A DNA stretch of 64,000 nt from Octopus vulgaris (taxonomy: Eukaryota): NCBI GenBank assembly GCA_951406725.2, contig OX597814.1, forward strand, positions 169,508,001 to 169,572,000, written 5' to 3'. A program made the translations under genes and the position numbers. Below, in pieces: positions 12,531 through 25,548 of the stretch. How positions within the stretch are numbered: the stretch's first letter is position 1; each line of letters starts with the position of its first letter. The notes beneath the pieces were generated by a model. That model was not told the DNA's origin and did no database searches. It saw only the letters and a list, made by a program, of their open reading frames with translations.

Positions 12531-13169
12531 ACCAACCCATTCTTCCTCTGGCTACCATGCTTTAAGAACATCCTCCTCCACTGTTAATTTGGCCACCTAT
12601 GAAATGAAGACTATCAATTACCTCCAGAAGGAGCCTTCAAACCATTTGAAAGAATTTATTTTATGGGCGATTTTACTGCTGATTATGCCTGCACATCTGC
12701 TATACAAAAAGCCCTTCATTTCTGTCAGATCAATAAGGTGGTTGGACACTTTTCCTGAAGTTATATACCATGGTTGAATCATTTGCATCAGAGAATTCTA
12801 AGAGTTTTGGTCTCTCTTCATTTCATGCACTACAACCATAGCCTACATCAACAGAGTAACCATGCTGGTGTTCCTCGACAAGTTAATAATTTTATCAGTT
12901 GAGATAATGAGGTCACTCTTATCTGATATCAAGGTAGTCTACAAGAGGATTTCATAGCAACTGTAATTATATTCATTAGTCAATCTTGGTTATGCTGCAT
13001 AGATAGAAATTACAGTTGCTTTTGTGATACTTTTGACTTGTTTGAATTTCTTTGTCTCTTACAAACTCTACCTCAGTTAATTTGTTTGTCAATTTCCTTG
13101 TCAATAATATATCTATTTCAACACTTCCAGTGCTGTTAACTGCCTAGAAGAATTTGCACTTGTGTTCAA

Positions 13170-13532
13170 GTGTGGCCAATGTCAGTTCTGCCAGACTGGT
13201 ACCTGTGTCAGTGACATGTAAAAAGCACCATTCGAGCATAGCCGATGCCAGTGCCATCTGACTGGCACCCATGCCAGTGGTATGTAACAAGCACTATTTG
13301 AGCATGGCCAATGCTAGTACTGTCTGACTGGCTCTCATGCCGGTGGCATGTAAAAAGCACTCCTTATGCTCTCAGAGTGGTTCGCATTGGAAGGGCATCC
13401 AGCTATAGAAACCTTGCCAGATTAGATTAGAGCCTGGTGCAGCCTCCCAGCTTGCCAGTTCTCAGTCTAACCACCCTATGCCAGCATGGAAAGCGGAATT
13501 AAGCAACGATGATGATGATGATGATGATGATG
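13170..13532 (+). mobile_element. RTE LINE 3' UTR fragment
   Basis: Same modules and (GAT)n tail as 11141-11472. Confidence 0.8.
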
Positions 13533-13592
13533 CTGAGGTTTTTTGTCCTCTAGGAGTCTTGTCATAAATTTCAGGCTAAAATTATTATTTTC

Positions 13593-13636
<44 letters not shown>

Positions 13637-13639
<3 letters not shown>

Positions 13640-13825
13640 CGCTTTTGGATTTGGTTTGCAAGATTCTTGATATGAGTCCATGTGTTGAAGCATATTCTGT
13701 TGTGTCTGGGGAGAGTCATTTTCTTTTTGTACCTTATAATTTAGCACACTCACCAGTAAAATTTCCACTTATTTCTTATTTTTATTTTCCTAAAATTTTC
13801 GTTGCGTCTTGCAACCTTTTCAATA
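13637..13825 (-). mobile_element. ~190-bp fixed-end repeat with a hammerhead-like 5' end (family H2)
   Basis: Other copies at 32720-32851, 32889-33065, 43795-43985 and 57498-57669. Minus strand starts UA UUGAAAA G GUUGC AAGAC GCAAC GAAA AUUU UAG; inserted in (TA)n. Confidence 0.7.
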
Positions 13826-14441
13826 TATATATATCTTCTGTCATAAATTATATATATTGAAATATATCATTTAATACATATACAATTAATATATAAAATT
13901 AAATGTATTTAAAAACCAGGATGCTGGTCTACAAGAAAACATACGAAAAATGAGAAGAAAAAGTGAAGGATGGAAAAATAAAGCCTCCCCTTGCATCTGT
14001 TTCGCAGGGTCTTCAACTTTCTCTAGAAACATTCTAAGATATAGGTTATTCATTGATGTAGGAATATTTATCTCTCACTGAATGGAGTACTTGTTTTGTT
14101 CTTCCTATCTATAATGGAACTGTAAACTATGTAACTTCAAAAACGTGGATTTGTACTGCAGCTTCAATATTCACATTGTTTGGTGTATAGCCATGTAAAG
14201 TCGAGGCTCTAAGGATTCTACCAAATTCATACACACCAATATGGAATTATATCACATGGGCTACTTCATAAAAAAATTTACTTACTCCAACGAATAACGT
14301 ATATCATAGGATGCTTAAAAAAAATCTGAAAATGCTCATGAGACAGATGAGATTGAAGGCACTGCATTAAAGGTTTAAGTCAAATAAATCAAGTACTTAT
14401 TGTTTATCCTGTCATGCACAACCTTCTTGTCAAACTAAAAT

Positions 14442-14642
14442 TTTTGTTACTGTACTTATTTTGAGATGCTCTGCATTTCTTTCAATTACTTTAAATATAA
14501 CTTAGTTATCATTCAGCTAGTTTTAGGAACATAAATTGTGACTAAGGTTTGGTGGAAGATTTTAATTCAAAACTTATGAAAACAGGACATTTGTACTCAG
14601 AGCCAGAGCCGGTTTCAGCCAGATTGGTAATGAAAGGGTTAA
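14442..14642. mobile_element. piggyBac-like MITE (family 2)
   Basis: Ends in GAAAGGG-TTAA; homologous to 56010-56238. Confidence 0.5.
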
Positions 14643-16149
14643 ATGGAGTCTTTACCAACTCTTTACTTAATTGAATTAAATGGTTATTTTATTGGAAACA
14701 TTTGTCATTAATGTTTTGTACTATTTAATTTATCCTATCTGATATTATTCATGTAGTTACAATATAACAATATATCAAACCAGTCTTCTGTTGTTACCGA
14801 CCATTTTATTTTTTGTCCCCTCAAATTCCAACAAAAATTCCCTCCTTGTCTATTTCAATTGAAGTTTCTACACCCCACATCTCAGCATCCCAATATTTCA
14901 TGAACTATATTTATTGAAGACTTAAACAGGTATATAATAAACATTGCAGTTTTTAGTTGAAGAGTATTGTTTCCTAATAAGGAAGAATAGGATTGTTTCA
15001 ATATTTTAAGAGTTAAATGTTCTTTTATTTTAGTATCATAAATTGAACTTTGCTACAGATTGAAATTTGAAATAAAAAAAAATACATACATATACATACA
15101 AAAGTATAGTATATATAAGCATATGTGTGGTTGTGTGTATCTGTGTGTGTGTGTGTGTGTGTATAAAACTAAAAAAAAACAATACTTTATAAGTAGAATG
15201 TTACTTATCCATAAGGATTTGGATTAGATCTATTTCAAGATTTCTATTTATTGTTTTTCTCTTGCATATATATTTATTTATTTATTTATTCCATTTTTGT
15301 TAGACATTTCATCTTACTGAAACAAGTATTTTCATAAGTAGAATTTGAAAGGAAGAAGAAGAAGAAGAAGAAGAAGAAGAAGAAGAAGAAGAAGAAGAAG
15401 AAGAAAATAATAAAAATATGAAGCAAGCTTAGATTGCAATCCCATAAATTTTATTATATAAAGATTATTTAAGTGTGTGATCCCAAACACATATATAGTA
15501 CAGGAAAAAATCCTACATCAAGCGGAACTCACCAAGGGTTTCATTAAAGTAATCATTATAAATGCACATACATCCGCTTAAATCAATATTTCTGATTGTC
15601 AGAGATAGCAATATATTTATATATATATTTTTTCCCCTTTACAGCTTAGTATTCAACGATTTGAATAGAACATACAGTGGCTGTCACTTAAAGATTAGCC
15701 ATGAAATACAGCATTTTAGATCTCTATAAGTCAAATTAGAAGTGTTGATGGATGTCAAACGATTCTCTGTGTACGTGATATATTGTTTTGCTGTATGCCT
15801 AAAGAGAATCAGAAGTTATAAAAGAAAGACTAAATACTAAAATACATCATCTCTCACCTGGGTTCATTCAAGACAAAATATGTCAATACATTCTGAAAAG
15901 ATTGAACGTAGTCTCTTTAGACTATCACGATTGGTAAAAAAAAAAATTGCTCTTTTATTTATACTTACTGGTTCCATCCAACTGACAGGTGAAATAATAT
16001 CTAATATGCTTTTTTAATGTCTTGGCGCTATTATGGAAGAACTACTCAGCCTAGGGATCTAAACTGTGTCTCTTTTAGTGATTCTTTTTTTTGTTATTTT
16101 ACCATTAATATTCTAACAATACATGTCAGAGTTTTAATTCTTTTATTGT

Positions 16150-16835
16150 ATACTCTTTTACTCTTTTACTTGTTTCAGTCATTTGACTGCGGCCATGCTG
16201 AAGCACCGCCTTAAATCAAGCAACTCGACCCTGGGACTTATTCGTTGTAAGCCCAGTACTTATCCTATTGGTCTCTTTTACCGAACCGCTAAGTGACGGG
16301 GACATAAACACACCAGCATCGGTTGTCAAGCAATGCTAGGGGGACAAACACAGACACACAAACACACACATACATATATATATATGCCAGCCATATATAT
16401 ATATGTTGCCTGGCCCCCGTGCCGGCGGCACATAAAAAGCACCATCTGTCCGTGGCCGTTTGCCAGCCCCGTCTGGCACCTGTGCGGGTGGCACGTAAAA
16501 AGCACCCACTATACTCACGGAGTGGTTGGCGTTAGGAAGGGCATCCAGCCGTAGAAACACTGCCAGATCAGACTGGGCCTGGTGCAGCCTTCTGGCTTCC
16601 CAGACCCCAGTTGAACCGTCCAATCCATGCTAGCATGGAAAGCGGATGCTAAATGATGATGATGATACATATATACGACAGGCTTCTTTCAGTTTCCGTC
16701 TACCAAATCCACTCACAAGGCTTTGGTCGGCCCGGGGCTATAGCAGGAGACACTTGCCCAAGATGCCACGCAGTGGGACTGAACCTGTAACCATGTGGTT
16801 GGTTAGCAAGCTACTTACCACACAGCCACTCCTGT
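16150..16835 (-). mobile_element. SINE family A with an RTE 3' tail (16408-16666, +) inserted in its internal (TA)n
   Basis: Reverse complement of the full SINE A; the insert carries RTE modules and (GAT)n. Confidence 0.85.
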
Positions 16836-16855
16836 GCAAACCATTTATAGTTATT

Positions 16856-17849
16856 TAACCTGTTAGCATTTAAACAGGTCATATGTGACTCAAATATTCT
16901 ACCTGGATCAAGTAAATCAAACTGGCCTGATCCAACCTCTCACACTTACCCGACAATGTCATTCTAAAAATAAACAATCGCATCCTTATAGGCATAGACA
17001 TTGGTGTGTAGTAAGAAATTTGCTTCCCAACTACATGGTTCTAGTTTCAGTCCCACTGCATGGTACCTTGGACAAATGTTTTCTGTTATAGCGATGGGCT
17101 GATGAAAGCTTTGTGATTGGATTTGGTAGAAGGAAACTGAAAGAAGCCTGTCATGCATATGCATATATATATATATACCTGTATGTGCCTTTGTGTCTGT
17201 GTTTGACACCTATCACCACTTGACAATTGGTGTTGGCGTGTTTACATCCCTGAAACTTAGTGGTTCAGAAAATTACATCAATAGAATAAGTACCAGGCTT
17301 TAAAAAGAAAATAGGGTATTGAGGTCAATTCATTTGACGAAAAATCCTTCAATGTGGTGCTCCAGAATGGCTGCAGTCTAATGACTGAAACCCTGTTAAT
17401 AATAAAACATAAAAGACATCATCAAAAATTTCAAAGCTACAAGATAATGCATCATCATCATCGTCATCATTGTTGTTTAACATCCGCTTTCCATGCTAGC
17501 ATGGGTTGGACCATTTGACTGAAGATTGGTGAACCAGATGGCTGCACCAGGCTCCAGTCTTGATCTGGCAGAGTTTCTACAGCTAGATGCCCTTCCTAAC
17601 GCCAACCACTTCAAGAGTGTAGTAGGTGCTTTTACGTGCCACCGGCATGGGGCCAGTCAGGCAGTACTGGCAACGACTCCACTCAAATCTTTTTACGCAT
17701 GTCACCGGCACAGGTGCCAGTAAGACGATGCTGGTAACGATTACGCTCAAATGGTGCCTTTTACGTGCCACCGGCACAGGATTAATTTAAAACATTGTGA
17801 ATAAATAAGCTTTACATTTGACAGAATAATCTGAATGCTAAAGGGTTAA
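16856..17849. mobile_element. piggyBac-like MITE (family 1) with nested SINE A (~16985-17395) and RTE tail (~17450-17780, -)
   Basis: TTAA-CCTGTTAGCATT ... AATGCTAAAGGG-TTAA ends; homologous copies at ~50605-50826 and ~56384-57097. Confidence 0.7.
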
Positions 17850-17953
17850 GCCCTGGATCTATGCATATTTCCCATGACTTTATTTTGTTGCTGCCTCCAT
17901 GCTGTTATCCACTCTGTTTATCTGCCAAAATAACTGGCTTAAAAAGAAAAAAT

Positions 17954-18145
17954 AGGTGCAGGCATGGCTGTGTGGTTTAAAAAGCTCACTCTGTATCCAC
18001 ATGGCTCCAGGTTCAGTTCCACTGTACACTTGTACACTTGCCTGGTTCCCCCTTGGGCAAGTGTCATGTCTTCTACTGTAGCTCAGGCCAACCAATACCT
18101 TGTGAGTGAATTTGGTAGATAGAAACTGTGTGGAAGCCTGTGTCA
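17954..18145 (+). mobile_element. SINE family A, 5' part
   Basis: GGTGCAGGCATGGCTGTGTGG head and CORE-like CCTTGGGCAAGTGTC. Confidence 0.75.
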
Positions 18146-18159
18146 AATATATGTATATA

Positions 18160-18346
18160 TAGCATTTTTTTGATGGTCGGATAACTGAAGAGTTGGCGGC
18201 GTGGGTTTCTACTCCGAAATCCAAAACTTGGAGTTTTATCATGGCTGCCGAATAATTGTCACACATTATATTTACAGATAAATTTCTCTATTTCCATAAT
18301 ATTGAAGTCTCTTTCATTCTTTTGTTGTCTTACCATTTTTATCAAT
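18160..18346 (+). mobile_element. Hammerhead-bearing PLE-type repeat (family H3)
   Basis: GAUAA CUGAAGA ... (G>A)AAA CUUGGAGU U UUAUC at 18180-18240; homologous to 25690-25936. Confidence 0.65.
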
Positions 18347-18356
18347 ACACACACAC

Positions 18357-19000
18357 ACAAAGGCTGTCCCAAAAGTCACTGATGAGTTTCAATTTTCAAT
18401 AATTTACTTAACTTTACAAATAAATGCATCAAATTATGATGCAATATAAAGGACATAATGGACATTAATATACACAAGTCAAATTTTGCAACACTGCTAC
18501 ATTACATACAAAAAATGACATAGCTTAAATGGCAGCCATTTTCGGCTTTGCATGCCCATGCCCTTTCCAGAACTTTCCCCATAACACCCTCAAGAGTTTC
18601 ATAACTAATCATCAACTCCCACACATGGTTCATCTGTCAATCTTTGGTCTTGTGTTTCCACGGCCAAGAAAGATTTCAAGAATATGGTCAGGAAATATTT
18701 ATGAAAGAATTGTACTTTCTCTACTGCTGCTCTGCTGCCATTGCTGCTAATTGCTAATGCTGATTTCTCTAATGATGTTCTCCTTCAGTTGCCCAGGGTC
18801 TCTGGTTTGTTGACGTAAACCCTCTCTTTCAGGTATCCCTGCAAGGAAAAGTCCTGGTTAGTCAAGTCTAGGGAACATGAAGACCAGTTGACATTGTTGT
18901 AGCAGGAGATTATTCTTTCCCCAAAGCACTACCATAACAACTGCATTTTTTTTCTCTTGCAGTTTGAGTAGTTGCCCATCTTCCTGGAACCATGTGTGAG
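18357..19000 (-). mobile_element. Tc1/mariner (DD37D/DD41D-like) transposase 3' fragment with TIR
   Basis: Minus frame WFQEDG...FGERIIS...SLDLTNQDFSLQGYLKERVYVNKPETLGQLKENIIREI...ETLEGVM...ENGCHL; interrupted at 18600-18761. Confidence 0.7.
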
Positions 19001-19635
19001 GTCTACTTTGATATTAGGAGGGCCTAAGTACATGCAAACACCGCTTTTTCCATACCTTAAAATTTTGCCACAAATCTAAATGCCACCTAAATAACCACAC
19101 AAGCATATATCCACAACACCCCTTAGGTAAGCCCCAACAACCCTACTTAATTTTCCTTTATCTCCATTTTAATTTTTAATTTTTAATCTTTAATTTTTGA
19201 ACTCCCTTATCTTACTTTAAGGATCTCAATCATTTAATACTACATATATGGACGTACAAGCAGATACATGTGTGCATGTGTGTAAATGTGTGTGCATGTA
19301 TATTTATTCTATCGGCTTCTTTTTGCCGAACCACCAAGTTACGGGGACATAAACACACCAGCATCGGTTGTCAAGTGATGTTGGGGGACAAACATAGAAA
19401 TAGACACACACACATACACACACACACACATACACACACATGCACACGCACACTTACACACACGCATATATGTGTGTATATATATATATGTATATAAACA
19501 TATATATATATATATTTATATATGTATGTACATACATACATATATATATTTATATATGTATGCATGTACATACATACTGTATATTTGCATATGCGTGTAT
19601 GTGTGTATGGCTACTTACATACACTTGCTTTGCAG

Positions 19636-19666
<31 letters not shown>

Positions 19667-20027
19667 TACGATGTCATAACTAATCATCAACTCCCACACA
19701 TGGTTCATCTGTCAATCTTTGGTCTTGTGTTTCCACGGCCGGCCAAGAAAGATTTCAAGAATATGGTCAGGAAATATTTATGAAAGAATTGTACTTTCTC
19801 TACTGCTGCTCTGCTGCCATTGCTGCTAATTGCTAATGCTGCTCCTGCTATTGCTGCTAACTGCCAATGCTGCTGCTAATTGCCAATACTACTGCTGCTG
19901 CTGCTGCTGGTGAGGCTAGCAATGCTGTCACTTGAGTTTCATTGATTACTTGGAACTGGCTGCAAAATGTTGTTTGTTTTTGTTCTTCTTCCTCAACAAC
20001 ATGACCTTTCACTTCCTGTGAACGACA

Positions 20028-20630
20028 GCTACAACAACAACTGCCACAACATCAATAACACCAACAATGATGAGCACTGAAGACGTATTGCCATCATCAT
20101 CATCATCATCATCGTCATCATCATCATCATCATCACCATCACCATTGTTGTTATTGTTGTTGTCGTCATTGTCAGCAGCAGCAGTAGTAGCATCAACACC
20201 AGCAGCTCCATCATCATCATCCTCATCATCTCTACCACCAACACCAATATGACAATGATGACGACCACCACTACCATCACCACCATTAACGACAATGCCA
20301 CGAGCATCCTCCTTTTCTTCCTCTGCCTCCTCCTCCTCCTCATCATCATCATCATCATCACCACCACTACCACCACCTCCACTATCCCACCACCATTACC
20401 ACCATAAACAACAATGCCACTAGCATCCTCCTTCTCTTCTTCCTCCACTTCTCCCTCCTCCTCCTCCTCCTCCTCCTCATTATCATCATCATCATCAACA
20501 CCACCACTATCACCACCATCACCACCACCACCACCACCACCATCAACCACAACAACACTAACATCCTCCCAACAACACCACTAACATCCTTCCCTCCCCT
20601 CCTCTATCTCAACATCATCATCATAATCAA
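20028..20630. repeat. Compound trinucleotide low-complexity tract
   Basis: CAT/CAC/CCT/TGT runs. Confidence 0.9.
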
Positions 20631-20994
20631 CACAAACAAGAAGGAAACCTCTACCTGATCGTCCAGCCTGCTAGAAACAGCAGGCAAATCTTCTTCAAAT
20701 CGCACCCTACCACCTTATCAAAGTTCACATCGGATAACGTAATCTCAAGTTCCCTGTTCTCAAGGCAAAAAAGATAGGATTGTCATGATTAGAATGCTTT
20801 TAATCATAGATCTGCTTGATTAAAGCTGACCCGGAGCTACACAGCTACTGCAGCAGCTTCAACAAAAACAACAAGAACAACAACAGCAACAACAACAACA
20901 ACAACAACAACAGCAGCAACAACATAGCAACCTGTGAAACAATGAAAGAGCTATTGTTTCACGTATTTATGATTATTGATTGCAGCCATACTGT

Positions 20995-21182
20995 GGTGGT
21001 GTATTGGTATTTCGTCTGTCTTTATGTTCTGAGTTCAAATTCCGCCGAAGTCATCTTTGCCTTTCATCCTTTCAGAGTCGATAATTTAAGTACCAGTAGC
21101 GTACTGGGGTTGATCTAATTGATTCGCCTCCCCCTCCCCCTCCCCCAAAATTTCGGGCCTTGTGCCTAGAGTAGAAAAGAAT
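20995..21182 (+). mobile_element. SINE family B
   Basis: GTTCTGAGTTCAAATTCCGCCGA..TTTGCCTTTCATCCTTTC..GTCGATAA..AAGTACCAG..GGCCTTGTGCCT; shared with copies at 22715, 33575, 35510, 36105 and 37380. Confidence 0.75.
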
Positions 21183-21316
21183 ATTAATTCTGTCAGTCTT
21201 ATTTTGATGAACTGCTAAGTTTCAAGGATGCAAACAAATAAACACTTGTTGTCAAATGTTAACAAACACAAAGATATATACACATATGCATACACAACGT
21301 GCACTGAAAGTCCACC

Positions 21317-21347
<31 letters not shown>

Positions 21348-21597
21348 TGTGTTTGTGTGTGTGAGTGTTTGTGTGTGTATTTGTGTGTGTAAGCACATGT
21401 GTGTGTATGTGTGCGTTTGTGTGTGTGTTTGTTTGTGTGTGTGTATGTGTGCCTATTTTTGTCCCCACCACCAGCACTGGATAACTGGTGTTGGTTTGTT
21501 TACATTCCTGAGACCAGCTGAATAAGCCATAGATCTGCTTGATTAAAGCTGACCTGGAGCTACACAGCTACTGCAGCATCAACAACAACAACAACAA

Positions 21598-21629
<32 letters not shown>

Positions 21630-21924
21630 ACAACAACAACAACAGCAGCAGCAGCAGCAACAGCAGCAACAACATAACAACATTAGTACCTGGGTTGATC
21701 TGTTCAAATAAAACTCTTTAAGGATGCACCCCACCATCTCAAATGACTGAAACAAAGATTAAGAATATAACTGTTTGATAATCACACTTTTTTAAGAGAA
21801 ATAAGACAAGTGAAATGACTGGAACTAGAAAACAAAAAGTGGAATGGATCTTGGAGTTTTGCTTCATGAGGAACTTATTTCTTATGTTTTCAGATGTAAA
21901 AGGATCTTCATTATTTTACATGTA

Positions 21925-22311
21925 GGCGCAGGAGTGGCTGTGTGGTAAGTAGCTTGCTAACCAACCACATGGTTCCGGGTTCAGTCCCACTGCGTGGCAT
22001 CTTGGGCAAGTGTCTTCTGCTATAGCCCCGGGCCGACCAATGCCTTGTGAGGGGATTTGGTAGACGGAAACTGAAAGAAGCCTGTCGTATATATGTATAT
22101 ATATATGTATGTGTGTGTGTTTGTGTGTCTGTGTTTGTCCCCCTAGCATTGCTTGACAACCGATGCTGGTGTGTCAACGTCCCCGTCACTTAGCGGTTCG
22201 GCAAAAAGAGACCGATAGAATAAGTACTGGGCTTACAAAGAATAAGTCCCGGGGTCGATTTGCTCGACTAAAGGTGGTGCTCCAGCATGGCCGCAGTCAA
22301 ATGACTGAAAC
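21925..22311 (+). mobile_element. SINE family A, full length, CpG-rich (young)
   Basis: A-box-like TGGCTGTGTGG, B-box-like GGTTCAGTCCC, CORE-like CTTGGGCAAGTGTC, internal (TA)n(TG)n, 3' ATGACTGAAAC. Confidence 0.9.
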
Positions 22312-22714
22312 GAATGAATGAAAGTAGAGGGTTCGTTGGACACAGTGTGAGATGACTGTTGTTATCACTAGGCCTAACTCATCGTAAAGTAAATACCACC
22401 ATGACCGATATCCAAACTACAGTGGAGAAGGCTAGCCACTGGATTTGGTTAAAAAGAGACGATGAGCGATGGCTAGAAGAGTATTGAGCTTTATTTGATA
22501 ACCAGCTGATTTAGCAAGTGGGGGGGGGGGGGGGGCGTTGAGGCTGTCAAGAGGTAGGCCCCAAAATGGTGCACATTCTCTCCTGATGACCCCATACACT
22601 TGCTGGCTTCTGGTATGCGGAGTTTTTGACTGGTAGCACTTGCATGTGCAAGTTGTTTTCAAGACATCAATTGATTTGTCTCTTGGTCTATCTGGTTGTC
22701 TATTAATCCTTTCT

Positions 22715-22925
22715 ACTAAAGGCACAAGGCCTGAAATTTTGGAGGAGGGGGTGTAGTTGAGTACTTCGACCCCAGTGTTTCACTGGTACTTAATTTATTG
22801 ACCCCGAAAGGATGAAAAGCAAAGTCGACCTCGGTGGAATTTGAACACAGCATGTAACAATGAGTGAAACAGCGCTAAGTATTTCGTCCAGCGTGCTGAC
22901 GATTCTGCCAGCTTGCCACCTTCTG
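22715..22925 (-). mobile_element. SINE family B
   Basis: Reverse complement of the SINE B body, including the GGCAAGCTGGCAGAATCG head. Confidence 0.8.
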
Positions 22926-23065
22926 GCTGTCTATTAATAATATATCTATCACATTCTATTTCATTAAGTTGCATTTAATTATATTTATTTACCTAGATGC
23001 CTGTGTAACCATTCATCCACCAATTTGCCTACATGCATACATGCATACATACATACATACATACA

Positions 23066-23098
<33 letters not shown>

Positions 23099-23399
23099 GT
23101 GTGTGTCTGTGTGTGTGTGTAGGAAGAAGGATAGGGTTAGGGCTAATTTGCGGTGAGGCAGTAAAATAAGGCTGTTCTGATGAGATTGTCATTTTATGGT
23201 TGGTTAATTTATTAGGTGTATATTCCTTTAGCATTTAAGCTGGCTATTCCAGCCTATAAAATAGGTAGTACCTATTTTATAGTCAAATGCTAAGGTGGAG
23301 GTAATTAAAATAATGGTTTCAAATTTTGTCACAAGGGCAGCAATTTTGGGGGAGGGTATGAGTCACTTATATCGACCCCAGTGTTCAACTGGTACTTAA

Positions 23400-23925
23400 T
23401 TGATACAGTGTATACTTTTAGTGCTGATATCAGAATGGAGTTCAGACTGAGAAAGTGTGGTGTGTTAGTCTTGAAGAGAGGCAAAATCAAATGTATGGAC
23501 AGGCTATTGACACCGTCGGGGGAGATTATGAAGCAGATAGAAAAGATGGGCTATAAGTACTTGGGGATTTTGGAAATGGATAAATTGATGGAGAAAGAAA
23601 TGACAGAAAAATTTAAGGTGGAGTACTTGCGCAGACTGAGACTGATCCTTAAGTTGAAAGTAAATGGATGGAATAAGATTGAAGCTATCAACACCTGGGC
23701 AGTTTCACTCCTTAGATGTGGAGCAGGGGTAATCGCATGGACAGAAAGTTGCTAACTAGATATGGGACACTCCACTCAAAAAGTGACAGACAGATTGTAT
23801 GTACCAAGAAAAAGGGGAAGAGGACTTATTGGATGTGAACACAGCATTAGAGTAGAAAAAAACAACATAGCATGGTATGTAAAAAAATTCCGCAGAACTT
23901 CTATTATTAGAATAGAAGCTGCGCA
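23400..23925 (+). mobile_element. R4/Dong-like LINE fragment, same family as 7281-9415
   Basis: SADIRMEFRLRKCGVLVLKRGK...YKYLGILE...NKIEAINTWAV; followed by (TAA)n. Confidence 0.85.
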
Positions 23926-23934
23926 AAGGCAATA

Positions 23935-23972
<38 letters not shown>

Positions 23973-23991
23973 GATAATAGTAATAATAATA

Positions 23992-24031
<40 letters not shown>

Positions 24032-25283
24032 GTCTACATCAACATAAAAGCATTCACTGTTTCCAACAGGCATCCACTGTTTCCAACATCAGCTGTAATC
24101 TCTGAGCAGAACAAAACTGAAGCCAAGCAGCCAGCTAGACAATTATGATACACATGTTATCTACATAATTTCATGACAGTATAATAACGAATTCACCGGA
24201 GTACAAATATTTATGTGTGTCCTGGAAAATAATATTTACTATAACATTTAGTTAATGTTCGAAATTTACATGTATATTCTGTGGCTGTTGCATTGTAATT
24301 TTGACCTACAGAGAAAGATAGCTTGTTCCATATAGTACAGGAATAAAGACAGATTAATGTTTAATGATTGTGGTTTATATAATATACTTCTACACTGTTA
24401 TTATTGTACCTTTTGGTACAATTCTTAAAATAAGTGTTATTTGAAAGTTATTTTATCGACAATTAAAAGCTTGGATAAGATGTTGTGACTCTAAAATCTT
24501 AATTCATATATGTTTTATACTTTTAGGCATGTGTAGTTAATTATGAAGTCAGCATTCCAAACACATGTCTTCTATTATAGCTTTGAGTCAATGAAAAACT
24601 TGTAAGTAGATTTGGTAAACAGAAATGGAAAGGAGCATTGTAGTTTTGTGGCATGGAACAAAGCAGGCCTTGCCATCCACTCAAGAAAATGTAGTAAATG
24701 ATTCAAATTATGTAAAAAGTAGGCATTGGGTCAAGACAAAAAATGTGAAGACTCGGCAATAACTTAGGCAATAACTCAAGCAAATTTTACAGTGACTTTG
24801 TTGTTATAGGTAGATTTTACTGTTATATGTAACTAATTTTTGCATTATTCTATTTATTGTACTAACTAATTATGTACTACTACTATTTTTTATAACCTAT
24901 TTTCAAATTTCTAATTATTAATTGATAATTAAAAAAATGAATTTTTTTAAAGTGCAAAAAATATTTTGAGCTATTTTTTATTTTTAATAGAAGTAACAAG
25001 TAATAACAACTAAAATTAATAACTTGTAATAAAAGTTTTAGTTTTAATAAAAGCTAATATTTTCTAAATCTAAATATTTTATATGAAATTTTATCTTTAG
25101 CTGCAATATTCTAAGTAAAAATTTTCTTCTTCTGTACTTTACCAGATGTAATAACTTGTCCTGAACTTTTCCAGGTTTATAATCTTTAGAATATTATTTC
25201 TCTTGCTCACATTTTTCCGTGTAATATATATATATAGGCAATAATCTAGTAGCTCTGCATCGACAAGAGTTGAAAAACTATAG

Positions 25284-25508
25284 AAAAGAGTGAAAGGGAT
25301 ACAGTGAACTTGCTGTGAGGAGTGGAATATCCATTTTGGATTCAATCCTTTGTCAGGGGCAGAGAAAAAGAAAAGAAAGAGAGAGAATGTAAACTCTGTT
25401 TGACTTTTTTCTCTTTTTCTTCTGTTTTTTCTCTGTCTCCTGATGAAAGACTGAATCTGAAACATTGGATATTCCACTCCTCACGACAAGTTCATTGTAC
25501 CCCATTCA

Positions 25509-25513
<5 letters not shown>
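25284..25513. mobile_element. Inverted-repeat (foldback) element with degenerate hammerheads in both arms (family H4)
   Basis: Arms share GTGAGGAGTGGAATATCCA. Right arm reads CUGAUGA A AGA CUGAA UCU GAAA CAUU GGA (25440-25469). Confidence 0.6.

Positions 25514-25548
<35 letters not shown>

Noticed and set aside
12105-12777. Three overlapping His/Gln/Pro-rich ORFs
   Set aside because: A trinucleotide tract that is open in all frames.
15645-15775. Strong plus-strand acceptor (TTTTCCCCTTTTACAG)
   Set aside because: No convincing donor or long open frame; a non-coding exon cannot be excluded.
20029-20550. 173-aa acidic/Gly-rich ORF
   Set aside because: Compound triplet repeat.
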